A stretch of DNA of 58,202 nucleotides, taken from the NCBI GenBank assembly GCA_964106915.2, contig CAXKYZ020000115.1. One strand, written 5' to 3'. The notes beneath the pieces are model-generated. The model did no database searches. It was given only the letters and a program-made list of their open reading frames with translations, and was not told the origin of the DNA. Positions within the stretch are counted from its first letter, which is position 1, and each line of letters starts with the position of its first letter. Made by a program: the position numbers and the translations under genes. Of the stretch, positions 18,470-25,930 are shown piece after piece. The stretch is from Podarcis gaigeae. Its lineage: Eukaryota.

Positions 18470-18877
18470 TCAGGTTTTCGGTTTGATCGTGGCGAGGAAC
18501 TCGGTGGCCTGTTCGAGGTCGACGAGTTTGCCGAGTTGCGCTAGCGCCCAATGGGCCTCGCCGATATCGGCGGAGAAGCCGTAATGGAGAATCGCGGTGC
18601 GGCCTGAGTGCAACACCATCGGCCAAGGCAGGTCATCGGCGACCATCTCGTCGTAGACGCCGCCCGACCACAGTTCGGTTTCCGGGTCGATCTCGGCGCC
18701 GAGGATTTTCAGTGCCTCGAATACCTGCTCGACTGGCGGTACACCTTCCGCGATGACCTGCTTCCGTAGCCGTGCGGCCTCTGGTGCGCCGGGTGCGGGC
18801 ACCGTGTACGTCTTCCCGCGGATCGGCAGGTGCAGATCCGGGTCGAAGAAAGTATCCAAATCCTTGTAAGCCATCAC
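18470..18877 (-). CDS. Tail assembly chaperone-like protein (second paralog)
   Basis: DLDTFFDPDLHLPIRG..YDEMVADDLPWP..HYG aligns by eye with 19541-19972. Confidence 0.75.
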   Translation of the reverse strand: MMAYKDLDTFFDPDLHLPIRGKTYTVPAPGAPEAARLRKQVIAEGVPPVEQVFEALKILGAEIDPETELWSGGVYDEMVADDLPWPMVLHSGRTAILHYGFSADIGEAHWALAQLGKLVDLEQATEFLATIKPKT

Positions 18878-18903
18878 TGGCCTTTCGGGTATAGTCAGTA
18901 TTT

Positions 18904-19296
18904 ATGAACGATATGGAGTGGCCTGAAAGAATTACGCACACCATCGTGACGCGCATCGGGGAGCGTCGAACTGCCCTTGGCATGAGTTACCAAGACTTGG
19001 CCAACGCCTGCACAGAACTCGGATACCCGACCATCCGAACAACTCTCGCCAACCTCGAAGGAGGAAGACGAAAGTCAATAACCGTGCACGAACTGTTCAT
19101 CGTCGCCAAGGCGCTAGAGGTCAGCCCCATCGAACTGATATCCGATGTCACAGAAACTGACACTGTCGAAGTTCTCCCGAATGAACAGATGTCAGGCCCT
19201 GCTGCTCAAGCCTGGATCACCGGGACTGATGCAACCCAGCGCTCTTACAAGGCAGGGGTACGCGCCGCAATCGACGCAGCCATGAACCTCATCTAG
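18904..19296 (+). CDS. XRE-family HTH protein, antisense within the tail operon
   Basis: RRTALGMSYQDLA..TLANLEGGRR..ITVHELF.VAKALEVSP; TATAGT -10 at 18890-18895. Confidence 0.85.
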   Translation: MNDMEWPERITHTIVTRIGERRTALGMSYQDLANACTELGYPTIRTTLANLEGGRRKSITVHELFIVAKALEVSPIELISDVTETDTVEVLPNEQMSGPAAQAWITGTDATQRSYKAGVRAAIDAAMNLI

Positions 19297-19664
19297 CCCG
19301 CTTTCGGGTGTAGGGCGTCCCAGAGGTTGGTGCCGGGGGTGGATGCGTAGTGGTCGATGCGCAGTTTCAGCCACCGCCACGTGCGGGCGTCGAGGAGACC
19401 GGATTCGATGTCGTGACCGTTGGCGTCGAGGTCGAGTTCGATTGCGTGCCAGTGGTTGAGGACATCAGTCCACGGCCGATCAACGGTTTCGTCGGACGCG
19501 GGTTTGCCGGGTGTCGGGTTGTACCAGTCGCGGACGCCGGTTACTTCGTCGTACGGGCCGCCGCCAGGATCATCCGGTCCATAGGTTCCCGGGGCTGAAA
19601 GATCTTGCGGGCTAGGGTCGCCCCCACTCTCGATTGGTTCGGGGGTGGGGGCAGGGGATTTCCC
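19293..19664 (-). CDS. Tail assembly chaperone, -1 frameshift extension (gpGT-like C-terminus)
   Basis: Open -1 frame from the slippery site; W..VL.HW.AIELDL..GHD..SGLL..RTWRWL..RI motif. Confidence 0.8.
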   Translation of the reverse strand, partial: GKSPAPTPEPIESGGDPSPQDLSAPGTYGPDDPGGGPYDEVTGVRDWYNPTPGKPASDETVDRPWTDVLNHWHAIELDLDANGHDIESGLLDARTWRWLKLRIDHYASTPGTNLWDALHPKAG

Positions 19665-19972
19665 GCCAAGACTCCACCAGCCGACTCCCACACCATGCGG
19701 CCAGCCTCAGGACTCAAACCGTAGTGCGCCATGACGACACGGCCGGCGACAGCGATCTTCGGCCACGACACACCAGCCTCAGTCATCTGCTCATAGGTGT
19801 CACCGAGAGCGAACACAATCTCGTCGCGTTCCTGCTCATCCGACAGCCGTGGTTTCTCGTTCAACAGTTGAACGAGGTGTAGCCCTTGGCGGGCACTGCA
19901 TGAGACCCGGAACTCGCGCCCACCGATAGGCAGGACGAGTTCCGGGTCCATGAGTTCTGCGAGGTCACGCAT
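19541..19972 (-). CDS. Tail assembly chaperone (gpG-like)
   Basis: Follows major tail gene; contains the slippery heptamer. Confidence 0.85.
   Translation of the reverse strand: MRDLAELMDPELVLPIGGREFRVSCSARQGLHLVQLLNEKPRLSDEQERDEIVFALGDTYEQMTEAGVSWPKIAVAGRVVMAHYGLSPEAGRMVWESAGGVLAGNPLPPPPNQSRVGATLARKIFQPREPMDRMILAAARTTK
19658..19664 (-). promoter_or_regulatory. Programmed -1 ribosomal frameshift slippery site G GGA AAT
   Basis: Zero frame GCG GGA AAT (A-G-N); -1 frame GGG AAA TCC continues into the 19293 ORF. Confidence 0.8.
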
Positions 19973-20002
19973 ACAAGTGCAACCTTTCAGAAGAGGTGCT
20001 GG

Positions 20003-20776
20003 TTAGGAGACGGAGACAGTTCCGGCGGGAGTCAGGCTCGAACCGGATGCCGAGACCGCGCCGACAGGACCAGCGAAGGTGACTGTGTAGGGTCCACCAG
20101 CCGAGCCCGTCACCGTGGTACCCGAAGGGACGCCCGCCAGCGCGAGAACAGCGGTCTGCACGGCCGACGATGCGACATTGTGCGCGAGGCCCGATGCCGT
20201 AGCGGAACCAACAGTCAGCGACCACGTACCGCCAGTCAGGCCGGCAGGCAACGTGATGACCTTCGCGGTCGGCAACGGAGTGCCAGTCGGCTTAGCGATG
20301 TCCTCAGGCTTGCCGTTGCCCTTCAAGGTGAAGGTCGCATCCTGCAACGCCTTCGGATCACCGGCAGCGTTGTCCTTCCAGATGACCGGTCCGGAGCCCT
20401 TGTATGCATCGGGGAGATCGTCGCGACGGTAGATCTGGAATTCCACCATGTTGTCGATGCCGGTCTTGCGGCCCTTGCGTCGAAGCAGCGCCTGGCCCGG
20501 GTCGTCAACGAACCCGGCAGTTGCTTCGCCCTTGCGCTTGCAGCCACCTTCGACGCGCCACGAGAGTCCGGTCACGACCGAGGAGTCGTAGCCTTCGCCG
20601 TCGATGTCGGAGGCATCCTGTTCTGCGCCTTCGAAGATCGGCGAGAGTGAGGAGCATCCGCGGACGAAGAGCCAATCGGACTCGGAGCCGCCGAGTTCGC
20701 GGACTCGGAGTACCCAGTCGCGTCCGAGAGCGGATGCGAGGGACTGGCTGTTGGGGGGTGCGAGTGGTGTGGTCAT
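20003..20776 (-). CDS. Major tail protein
   Basis: Start MTTPLAPP with AGGAG RBS; DDPGQALLR..G motif; C-terminal VTGSAGGPYTVTF domain. Confidence 0.88.
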   Translation of the reverse strand: MTTPLAPPNSQSLASALGRDWVLRVRELGGSESDWLFVRGCSSLSPIFEGAEQDASDIDGEGYDSSVVTGLSWRVEGGCKRKGEATAGFVDDPGQALLRRKGRKTGIDNMVEFQIYRRDDLPDAYKGSGPVIWKDNAAGDPKALQDATFTLKGNGKPEDIAKPTGTPLPTAKVITLPAGLTGGTWSLTVGSATASGLAHNVASSAVQTAVLALAGVPSGTTVTGSAGGPYTVTFAGPVGAVSASGSSLTPAGTVSVS

Positions 20777-21231
20777 GTAATTGCTCCTGGGTTTGTGGTG
20801 ATGGTGTATGAATCGGGGCGGGTGTAGCGGTTGTTCGCATCCGGGGCGATGGGGCCGACGATGTGCCGGATGCAGGACAGGATGTTGACGCCCGCCCAAA
20901 CTGTGTTGCTGCGCTCATGCAGCCTGTCGTCGAGGGCGCGGAACACGCTGTCGGCCAACCTGTTGACGGTGCGAGGGTCACGGCCGGCGGTCCTGAATCG
21001 GAGTTGGACGTAGTAGTCGGGGGTTGCTGCGTCCCGTGTCCGGTCGTCGTTGTAGCTGTTGAGGAGGATCGCCGTGTCTGGTTTGTCGGGGAGTTGTCCG
21101 AAGAAGATCGCGGGGAGGCCTTCGCCGACGTAGATTCCGTTCGGTGCGTAGCGTGCGAGTCCGAGGTTGGTGAGGTGTTGGGCGAGGGCTTCGAGGAGTT
21201 CGACGGTGTCCGGTGCCCGAACGAGTGTCAT
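20773..21231 (-). CDS. Tail terminator / tail completion protein
   Basis: LPDKPD.AI.L..Y, VQLRFR, D.NNRY motifs; precedes major tail. Confidence 0.78.
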   Translation of the reverse strand: MTLVRAPDTVELLEALAQHLTNLGLARYAPNGIYVGEGLPAIFFGQLPDKPDTAILLNSYNDDRTRDAATPDYYVQLRFRTAGRDPRTVNRLADSVFRALDDRLHERSNTVWAGVNILSCIRHIVGPIAPDANNRYTRPDSYTITTNPGAIT

Positions 21232-21551
21232 CCGAGTTGCCTCCGTATCGATTCCGCGAGGATCTGCCCGACAACTTCCCTCGTTGCGATGACAGCGTTT
21301 TCGAGGTACTTCGCCTCACCATCCTGATGGTGATAACCGAGTTCCTCGTGCTGCTTTACGGCATACGGTCCGTCGAAGCCGACAGCAGCTTCCAACCCCT
21401 CAGCCGCAGTCGCCGCAGTGTTCCGCAGATACCCGGTCTCTTTCGGTGCCCGTTCGATCGCTTCCTGCTTGATGACTTCAGCGGCAGCGTGCAATCCGTC
21501 GGTGATGGCGGAGCGGACTGGCTCGATCGGAAAGTTCAGAGCAGTACTCAC
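21228..21551 (-). CDS. HK97 gp10-like tail completion protein
   Basis: APKETGYLRNT, PYAVKQHE, GEAKYLENA. Confidence 0.82.
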   Translation of the reverse strand: MSTALNFPIEPVRSAITDGLHAAAEVIKQEAIERAPKETGYLRNTAATAAEGLEAAVGFDGPYAVKQHEELGYHHQDGEAKYLENAVIATREVVGQILAESIRRQLG

Positions 21552-21718
21552 AAGCTCACCTCGGAAGGGTCTGGATGGCGTGAATGGTGATTAGCGCCCG
21601 CGCACCGCTTATTCCCACAAGTCGGGCAGAGTGGCATCTTCCATTGGTGCCCGATGAATCCCAGGCATGTGAAGCATGGACATCCGTCGTACAACTCGAC
21701 TGGATACGGCATGATCAC
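21548..21718 (-). CDS. Small Cys/His-rich protein (CPCFTC...CPTCGNKRC..ANHH), about 56 aa
   Basis: Hand-translated; AGGAG RBS 7 nt before GTG; GTGA overlap with the next gene. Confidence 0.7.
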   Translation of the reverse strand: MIMPYPVELYDGCPCFTCLGFIGHQWKMPLCPTCGNKRCAGANHHSRHPDPSEVSL

Positions 21719-21728
21719 GAGCACGCTC

Positions 21729-22067
21729 CTAGGTGAGGTCGATGCTGTAGAAGTTGGGGGTCAAACCGTTGCCGTCGTCATGGCGTTGCTCCGCCAACAC
21801 CACAGCCGTGCGTCCACCAAACTCGGGCGGAAAAGTCACCAACGAGCCGACAGGAATCAGTGCAGTGTTGACATGCATACTCACGCGGGCCTCCGAAATG
21901 ACCTCGGAACCATCAGCAGCGCGCACCAACTTGCGTTTCGTGGTGATCTTCCCGAGCACAGTCACCGCCGGATCGAATGCCGGTTCGTAGGGTCCTTCGC
22001 CCGCATGCCGCTTCACCGATACTGGCCACACGAACCACTGCGCCGCGATGATGTCCGCCATGCTCAC
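21729..22067 (-). CDS. Head-to-tail stopper / head closure protein
   Basis: KRKLVRAADGSEVISEA..IPVGSLVT; position. Confidence 0.78.
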   Translation of the reverse strand: MSMADIIAAQWFVWPVSVKRHAGEGPYEPAFDPAVTVLGKITTKRKLVRAADGSEVISEARVSMHVNTALIPVGSLVTFPPEFGGRTAVVLAEQRHDDGNGLTPNFYSIDLT

Positions 22068-22477
22068 GACGACCTCACCAACGAACTAGCGAGACCCGCA
22101 TTCCGCAGGATCGACACGGACAGTTCGCATAGTCCGTCCAACGCTTCGGCGCGGGCAGCGTCCACCGTCGCAGCAGTCGTCGACAACGACGAACCGTCAA
22201 TGCTGGATGATGTGATCTGCACATCGAAACCGCCGGCACCAGCAGCCGGATCCACCTTCAGTTCCTTCCACCGTTCCGCCTGCGCGCACGTTGCGTCGCG
22301 CAACGCTTCCCGGATGTCGTCATCGACGGGGAGGCCGCTCGGCTGGGTGTCGTAGATGTCGCAGCGGCATGCGTTCGCGACCCTCGATGATGCGTGGCGT
22401 AGGAGTGAGGTTGCGTTGTCGGGTGCGGGCTCACCGAGCCACGCGGCCAGGTTGTCAGCATCGGCATAGACGAGCAC
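22064..22477 (-). CDS. Head-to-tail adaptor
   Basis: VYA...LLRHAS..ALRDATCAQ..ILRNAGL; AGGAG RBS before GTG 22477. Confidence 0.8.
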   Translation of the reverse strand: MLVYADADNLAAWLGEPAPDNATSLLRHASSRVANACRCDIYDTQPSGLPVDDDIREALRDATCAQAERWKELKVDPAAGAGGFDVQITSSSIDGSSLSTTAATVDAARAEALDGLCELSVSILRNAGLASSLVRSS

Positions 22478-22479
22478 GG

Positions 22480-22689
22480 TTACTCCTTCTCCAAGCCGAT
22501 GACCGTCTTGACTGTGGCGATGTCGGCCCCAGCCGAGAACAGGGAACCGGACGCGTCGCGCCGCAACTGCTCCACGATGATGCAATCCGGAAAGATCTGG
22601 ACACGGCGTGTACCCGCAGATGGGATGCCGAGCAGTTCAAGCGCGGCCATCAAGTCCCGTCGCTTGAACGTGGTGGGTAGATCAGACAC
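22480..22689 (-). CDS. Hypothetical protein, 69 aa
   Basis: GAGGAG RBS; in late operon. Confidence 0.7.
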   Translation of the reverse strand: MSDLPTTFKRRDLMAALELLGIPSAGTRRVQIFPDCIIVEQLRRDASGSLFSAGADIATVKTVIGLEKE

Positions 22690-22706
22690 GAAAACTCCTC
22701 GGGGTG

Positions 22707-22856
22707 TTGATGGTTGGCGCGCAGACCATCTCGGTCATACCGAGATGTTTATACGCTGCTGCAAGGGGGAAAGGAACCCGGCGGTGAACCCCTCAAGCGG
22801 TCTTAACGTGGGTCTATGAGCCGTTGCCGGGCACGTAGAAACGCACCAACCACCAA
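22707..22856 (-). ncRNA. Candidate structured (pseudoknotted) RNA in the capsid operon
   Basis: 16-bp closing stem with three G.U pairs that form only on the minus strand; internal 9-bp hairpin and crossing helices. Confidence 0.6.
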
Positions 22857-22919
22857 GCATTTGGTCCCACCAGCCCCGAGCCGCACAGGAAGGCGACTCG
22901 GGGGTGGGCATCAGGTAGA

Positions 22920-23093
22920 TCAGTCCTCGGCGGGCTTCCGGGCGCCCCGCTTCACAGTCTCCGACACCTTGTAACCATGACGGGTGAAGTACGCCAACGC
23001 ATTCGCGTCATCCGTCTCACCCACACCGTCCACGAAGTTCACGCCAGCGACCTTGCCGTTGTACCCCTCTACGGGGGTCTTCACGGTCGCCAC
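22920..23093 (-). CDS. Small capsid-adjacent protein, 57 aa
   Basis: PVEGYNG..AGVNFVDG.GET...LAYF.RHGY; overlaps major capsid stop. Confidence 0.75.
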   Translation of the reverse strand: MATVKTPVEGYNGKVAGVNFVDGVGETDDANALAYFTRHGYKVSETVKRGARKPAED

Positions 23094-24091
23094 TACTGAA
23101 CCTTGATGTTGCGGAACACCGACGCAGCCTTGGTGGCCTTCAAAGCGCAACCAACCGGGCCGAGCTCGACCTCACCCTTCTTCACCGCACCAGCAGTGGA
23201 GAAGTCAGGCAGCCACGTCTGAACGATCTGGCCACCGACAGTCGACACACCGTGGAAGCCGTCGAGGCCGACACGGTACGCGAACAGGTCAGTCAGGCCG
23301 GTCTGAGCGGTACCGACAGTGCGAGCCTCGATCGGGATGATCGGGTTGTTCGTACCAGCCTGGTTACCCGGGTCGACGAACGTGATGCCACCGTACGACT
23401 CACGATTGATCGGCCGGCCGTTCGCACCGATCAGGCCCTCGATGGGGTCCTTCGTGTACATGCCGGAGCGGCGTGCAGCGGCACGGACACGCGCCAACGC
23501 CTTCTGGTTGCCGAGGACAACGGTCGGGATGCCGTCGAGCAGCGACAGCCACTCGTCGATGTCATCGAGAGCCTTGTTCACCGCGGAAGGCACTGTGTCC
23601 CAGTCGGTCCAGTTGGTGACCGAGCTTGCCCGGAACTCCGTCGAGGACCCGGTAAGGGCCTTGTCGAGGCCGTCGAAGCCGTTGGCGTCGACTGCAACGT
23701 CACCGTTGATCAGTTCGTCGTTGAACTTGGTGGTCGCGGCCTTCACCTTCTGCGACACGTTCAACGCGATGTTCGAGGACGCGGCGGGGCCGAGCTTCGC
23801 GAGCACACGGTCCACCTCGAACGATCCACCGAGGACGGCGAGCGTGATGCTCTTCTTCTCGGTGGTGACGTTCTGCGGGGTGTACTCGGTGTTGTAGGCG
23901 CGGGTCGCGGCGGTGGGCTGCGTCAGCAGGCGCCGGTAGCCGTAGTCGAGTGTGCCTCCACCTGTCGGGGAGACAGCGTCATCGAAGATCAGCGAGTCGA
24001 GGACGGCGGATTCCTTGCGGAATTCGTCGATGACAGCGGGATCGTAGTCTTCCTGGGCGTTGAGCTTGGATTCTGCGAGGGTTACAGCCAT
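23093..24091 (-). CDS. Major capsid protein
   Basis: MAVTLAE.., LGGSFEVDR, NGD..FDGL; follows scaffold; AGGAG RBS. Confidence 0.92.
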   Translation of the reverse strand: MAVTLAESKLNAQEDYDPAVIDEFRKESAVLDSLIFDDAVSPTGGGTLDYGYRRLLTQPTAATRAYNTEYTPQNVTTEKKSITLAVLGGSFEVDRVLAKLGPAASSNIALNVSQKVKAATTKFNDELINGDVAVDANGFDGLDKALTGSSTEFRASSVTNWTDWDTVPSAVNKALDDIDEWLSLLDGIPTVVLGNQKALARVRAAARRSGMYTKDPIEGLIGANGRPINRESYGGITFVDPGNQAGTNNPIIPIEARTVGTAQTGLTDLFAYRVGLDGFHGVSTVGGQIVQTWLPDFSTAGAVKKGEVELGPVGCALKATKAASVFRNIKVQ

Positions 24092-24100
24092 GGGAGGCTC

Positions 24101-24691
24101 CTAGGAGTAGTGGGCGGCGATGGAGCCGCTGAGCGTTGTGGATTTGGTTTTTTCTTTTGCGCCGCCTGCGGGGAGTCCGGACTTGCCGGCGGGTGCGGCA
24201 GCTTTGATGCGTTCGGAGAGTGCTTTCGCTTTGGCGTCGAACTTGTCGGCTGGTACGCCTTCGAGGAAGTCGAGGTCTTCGTCGGACAGTCCGTATTTGC
24301 GGGCTGCGCGTTCGCGTGCGGCTTCAGCGCGTGCGGCTTCGGCGTCAGCCTTGGCGTCGGCTGCTTCCTTCGCTGCCTTCTCCTCGGCGGTCCGCTTCGA
24401 TGCCTTGATCTTCTCCAACTCGGCGGCGGCAGCGCGGTTCTTCTTCGCTTCCGCTTCGTGCTTGCGCGATTCCTTCTTCCAGTCCACGTCGGCGGGCGGG
24501 TCGGCCGGATCCTGTGGCGGATCGGCCGGCGGGTCTGCGGGATCGACTGGGTCGGCGGGAGGATCGACCGGATCGCCACCTTGGGGGTGTCCTTCGGGGT
24601 CGCGTCGAGGGTGCTGGCGGGAAGGCCAACGGGATGCTCGAGTAAACATGTCGAACGGTTCGGGTGCGATGACGGATCGTTGGACGCGCAT
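24101..24691 (-). CDS. Capsid scaffolding protein
   Basis: DP-rich linker, WKKESRKHEAEAKKN coiled coil; directly upstream of capsid. Confidence 0.88.
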   Translation of the reverse strand: MRVQRSVIAPEPFDMFTRASRWPSRQHPRRDPEGHPQGGDPVDPPADPVDPADPPADPPQDPADPPADVDWKKESRKHEAEAKKNRAAAAELEKIKASKRTAEEKAAKEAADAKADAEAARAEAARERAARKYGLSDEDLDFLEGVPADKFDAKAKALSERIKAAAPAGKSGLPAGGAKEKTKSTTLSGSIAAHYS

Positions 24692-24705
24692 TGTTCTCTC
24701 CTTGT

Positions 24706-24776
24706 GCCATGCGGCATTGGCCCCTGGGTGCCGTGCGGCTGGGGGCTATTGGGTTACTGCGATTCCGCCATGCGGC
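24706..24776 (-). repeat. Three copies of a GCC-GCAY-GGC mini-hairpin in the scaffold gene leader
   Basis: GCCATGCGGC 24706, GCCGTGCGGC 24730, GCCATGCGGC 24767 on +. Confidence 0.7.
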
Positions 24777-24823
24777 GGGAAACTCTGGGGATCTATCAGC
24801 GCGTATTGGGAAAACCCGATATA

Positions 24824-25927
24824 TCAGCGTGCGCCGAGTCGTTCGCGGTTGGGTCGGCGTTTCAGGTCGTGTTGCGCGGTGTGTGCGGCGATTGCGGCTT
24901 GCTGCTGCTTCAGCAGTGCGGCGAGTTCGCGTTTGCGTTGCGGGGTGATGGCGACGGACTGCTGCCGTTTCGTGTCCCGCACAGCGCGTTCCATATCGCG
25001 CTGCTTCTGCGTCGCCGCGTACCCTTCCGGATCCGGCCTGGTCTCGAACGTCCGCGACCCGCCAGGAATGAACGCGCTGACAGCGTGTCCGCAGTTGGGG
25101 TGTTGGAAGCCTTTCGAGCGGGCTTCCCGCAGTGTGGCTTTGATCTTCACCTTCACTGCACGGCCGCCGGTCGCGTTGGGCCGGATCACTGTCCCTGCCT
25201 CGCCATCCAACGAGAGGACTTGCCCTTCGTAGGGTTGGCATTGCGGCGCCGGATTCGAGTGGCTGGATACGACGATCAGGGTTTGACCGCGCTCCAACAT
25301 CCGATCCGTATGCCCATCAATCAACTCTTGGTTGACGATGGTCCGGGACTTCATCTCGATATAGCTGGCGAGGGACCAGTTGCGGCCGGCAGCATCCCGG
25401 AATCCGGTCACGCCACGTTTGGTGAGGATGTCGAGGGCTTGTTGCGCTGCATCCAGGCGTGTACCCGATCGGACACCCGATGACCTCGCGATGATCTGCG
25501 TTGTCACCTGCGAATGCAGCTCCCCCGCGGCACCCGGAATCCGAGCAGTCACAGAGGAAAGCACCTGCTGCCCTGCGTAGATCGCGGCCCGAGTCTTCCG
25601 ATCCCGAGCAGGCGTCACAGGCGGAACCGGAGGCACCTTCGGCAACCCCTTCAAGTCCTCGTCCGCAGCCTCACGGCCACGCTCCGCAGCACCCGCAACC
25701 GCACCCTCAACCAACGCCGGCATCTGGGACTGCAACTGCAACGCCAACAACTGCGCCTGCTGCCGAAACCGCAACATCTCCGCCGGCTGCCGAGCCTCCC
25801 ACTCTGGAGTGTCGATGCCCGCCACAATCGCTTCGGCGAGCATCGACATCAGAGCCAACTCGGCTTCGGTGTAGAGGTTGATCAACTCATCGGGGAGTCC
25901 TGCTGCTTCGGACGGGTCGAGCGCCAT
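24824..25927 (-). CDS. Minor capsid protein (minor capsid 2 / MuF-related)
   Basis: F.DAAGRNW...YIEM..RT, VSSH...C.PYEG, G..HPNCGH, Y...QKQR..ER. Confidence 0.88.
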   Translation of the reverse strand: MALDPSEAAGLPDELINLYTEAELALMSMLAEAIVAGIDTPEWEARQPAEMLRFRQQAQLLALQLQSQMPALVEGAVAGAAERGREAADEDLKGLPKVPPVPPVTPARDRKTRAAIYAGQQVLSSVTARIPGAAGELHSQVTTQIIARSSGVRSGTRLDAAQQALDILTKRGVTGFRDAAGRNWSLASYIEMKSRTIVNQELIDGHTDRMLERGQTLIVVSSHSNPAPQCQPYEGQVLSLDGEAGTVIRPNATGGRAVKVKIKATLREARSKGFQHPNCGHAVSAFIPGGSRTFETRPDPEGYAATQKQRDMERAVRDTKRQQSVAITPQRKRELAALLKQQQAAIAAHTAQHDLKRRPNRERLGAR

Positions 25928-25930
25928 CGC

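Noticed and set aside
22896-22920. Hammerhead ribozyme core (CUGAUG on minus)
   Set aside because: Reads CUGAUGC rather than CUGANGA, and there is no matching GAAA after the stem
24490-24580. GGATCG/GGCGG short repeats
   Set aside because: They encode the DPPADP linker of the scaffolding protein
23252-25483. 743-aa plus-strand ORF
   Set aside because: Antisense shadow of capsid/scaffold/minor capsid genes in high-GC DNA; no motifs
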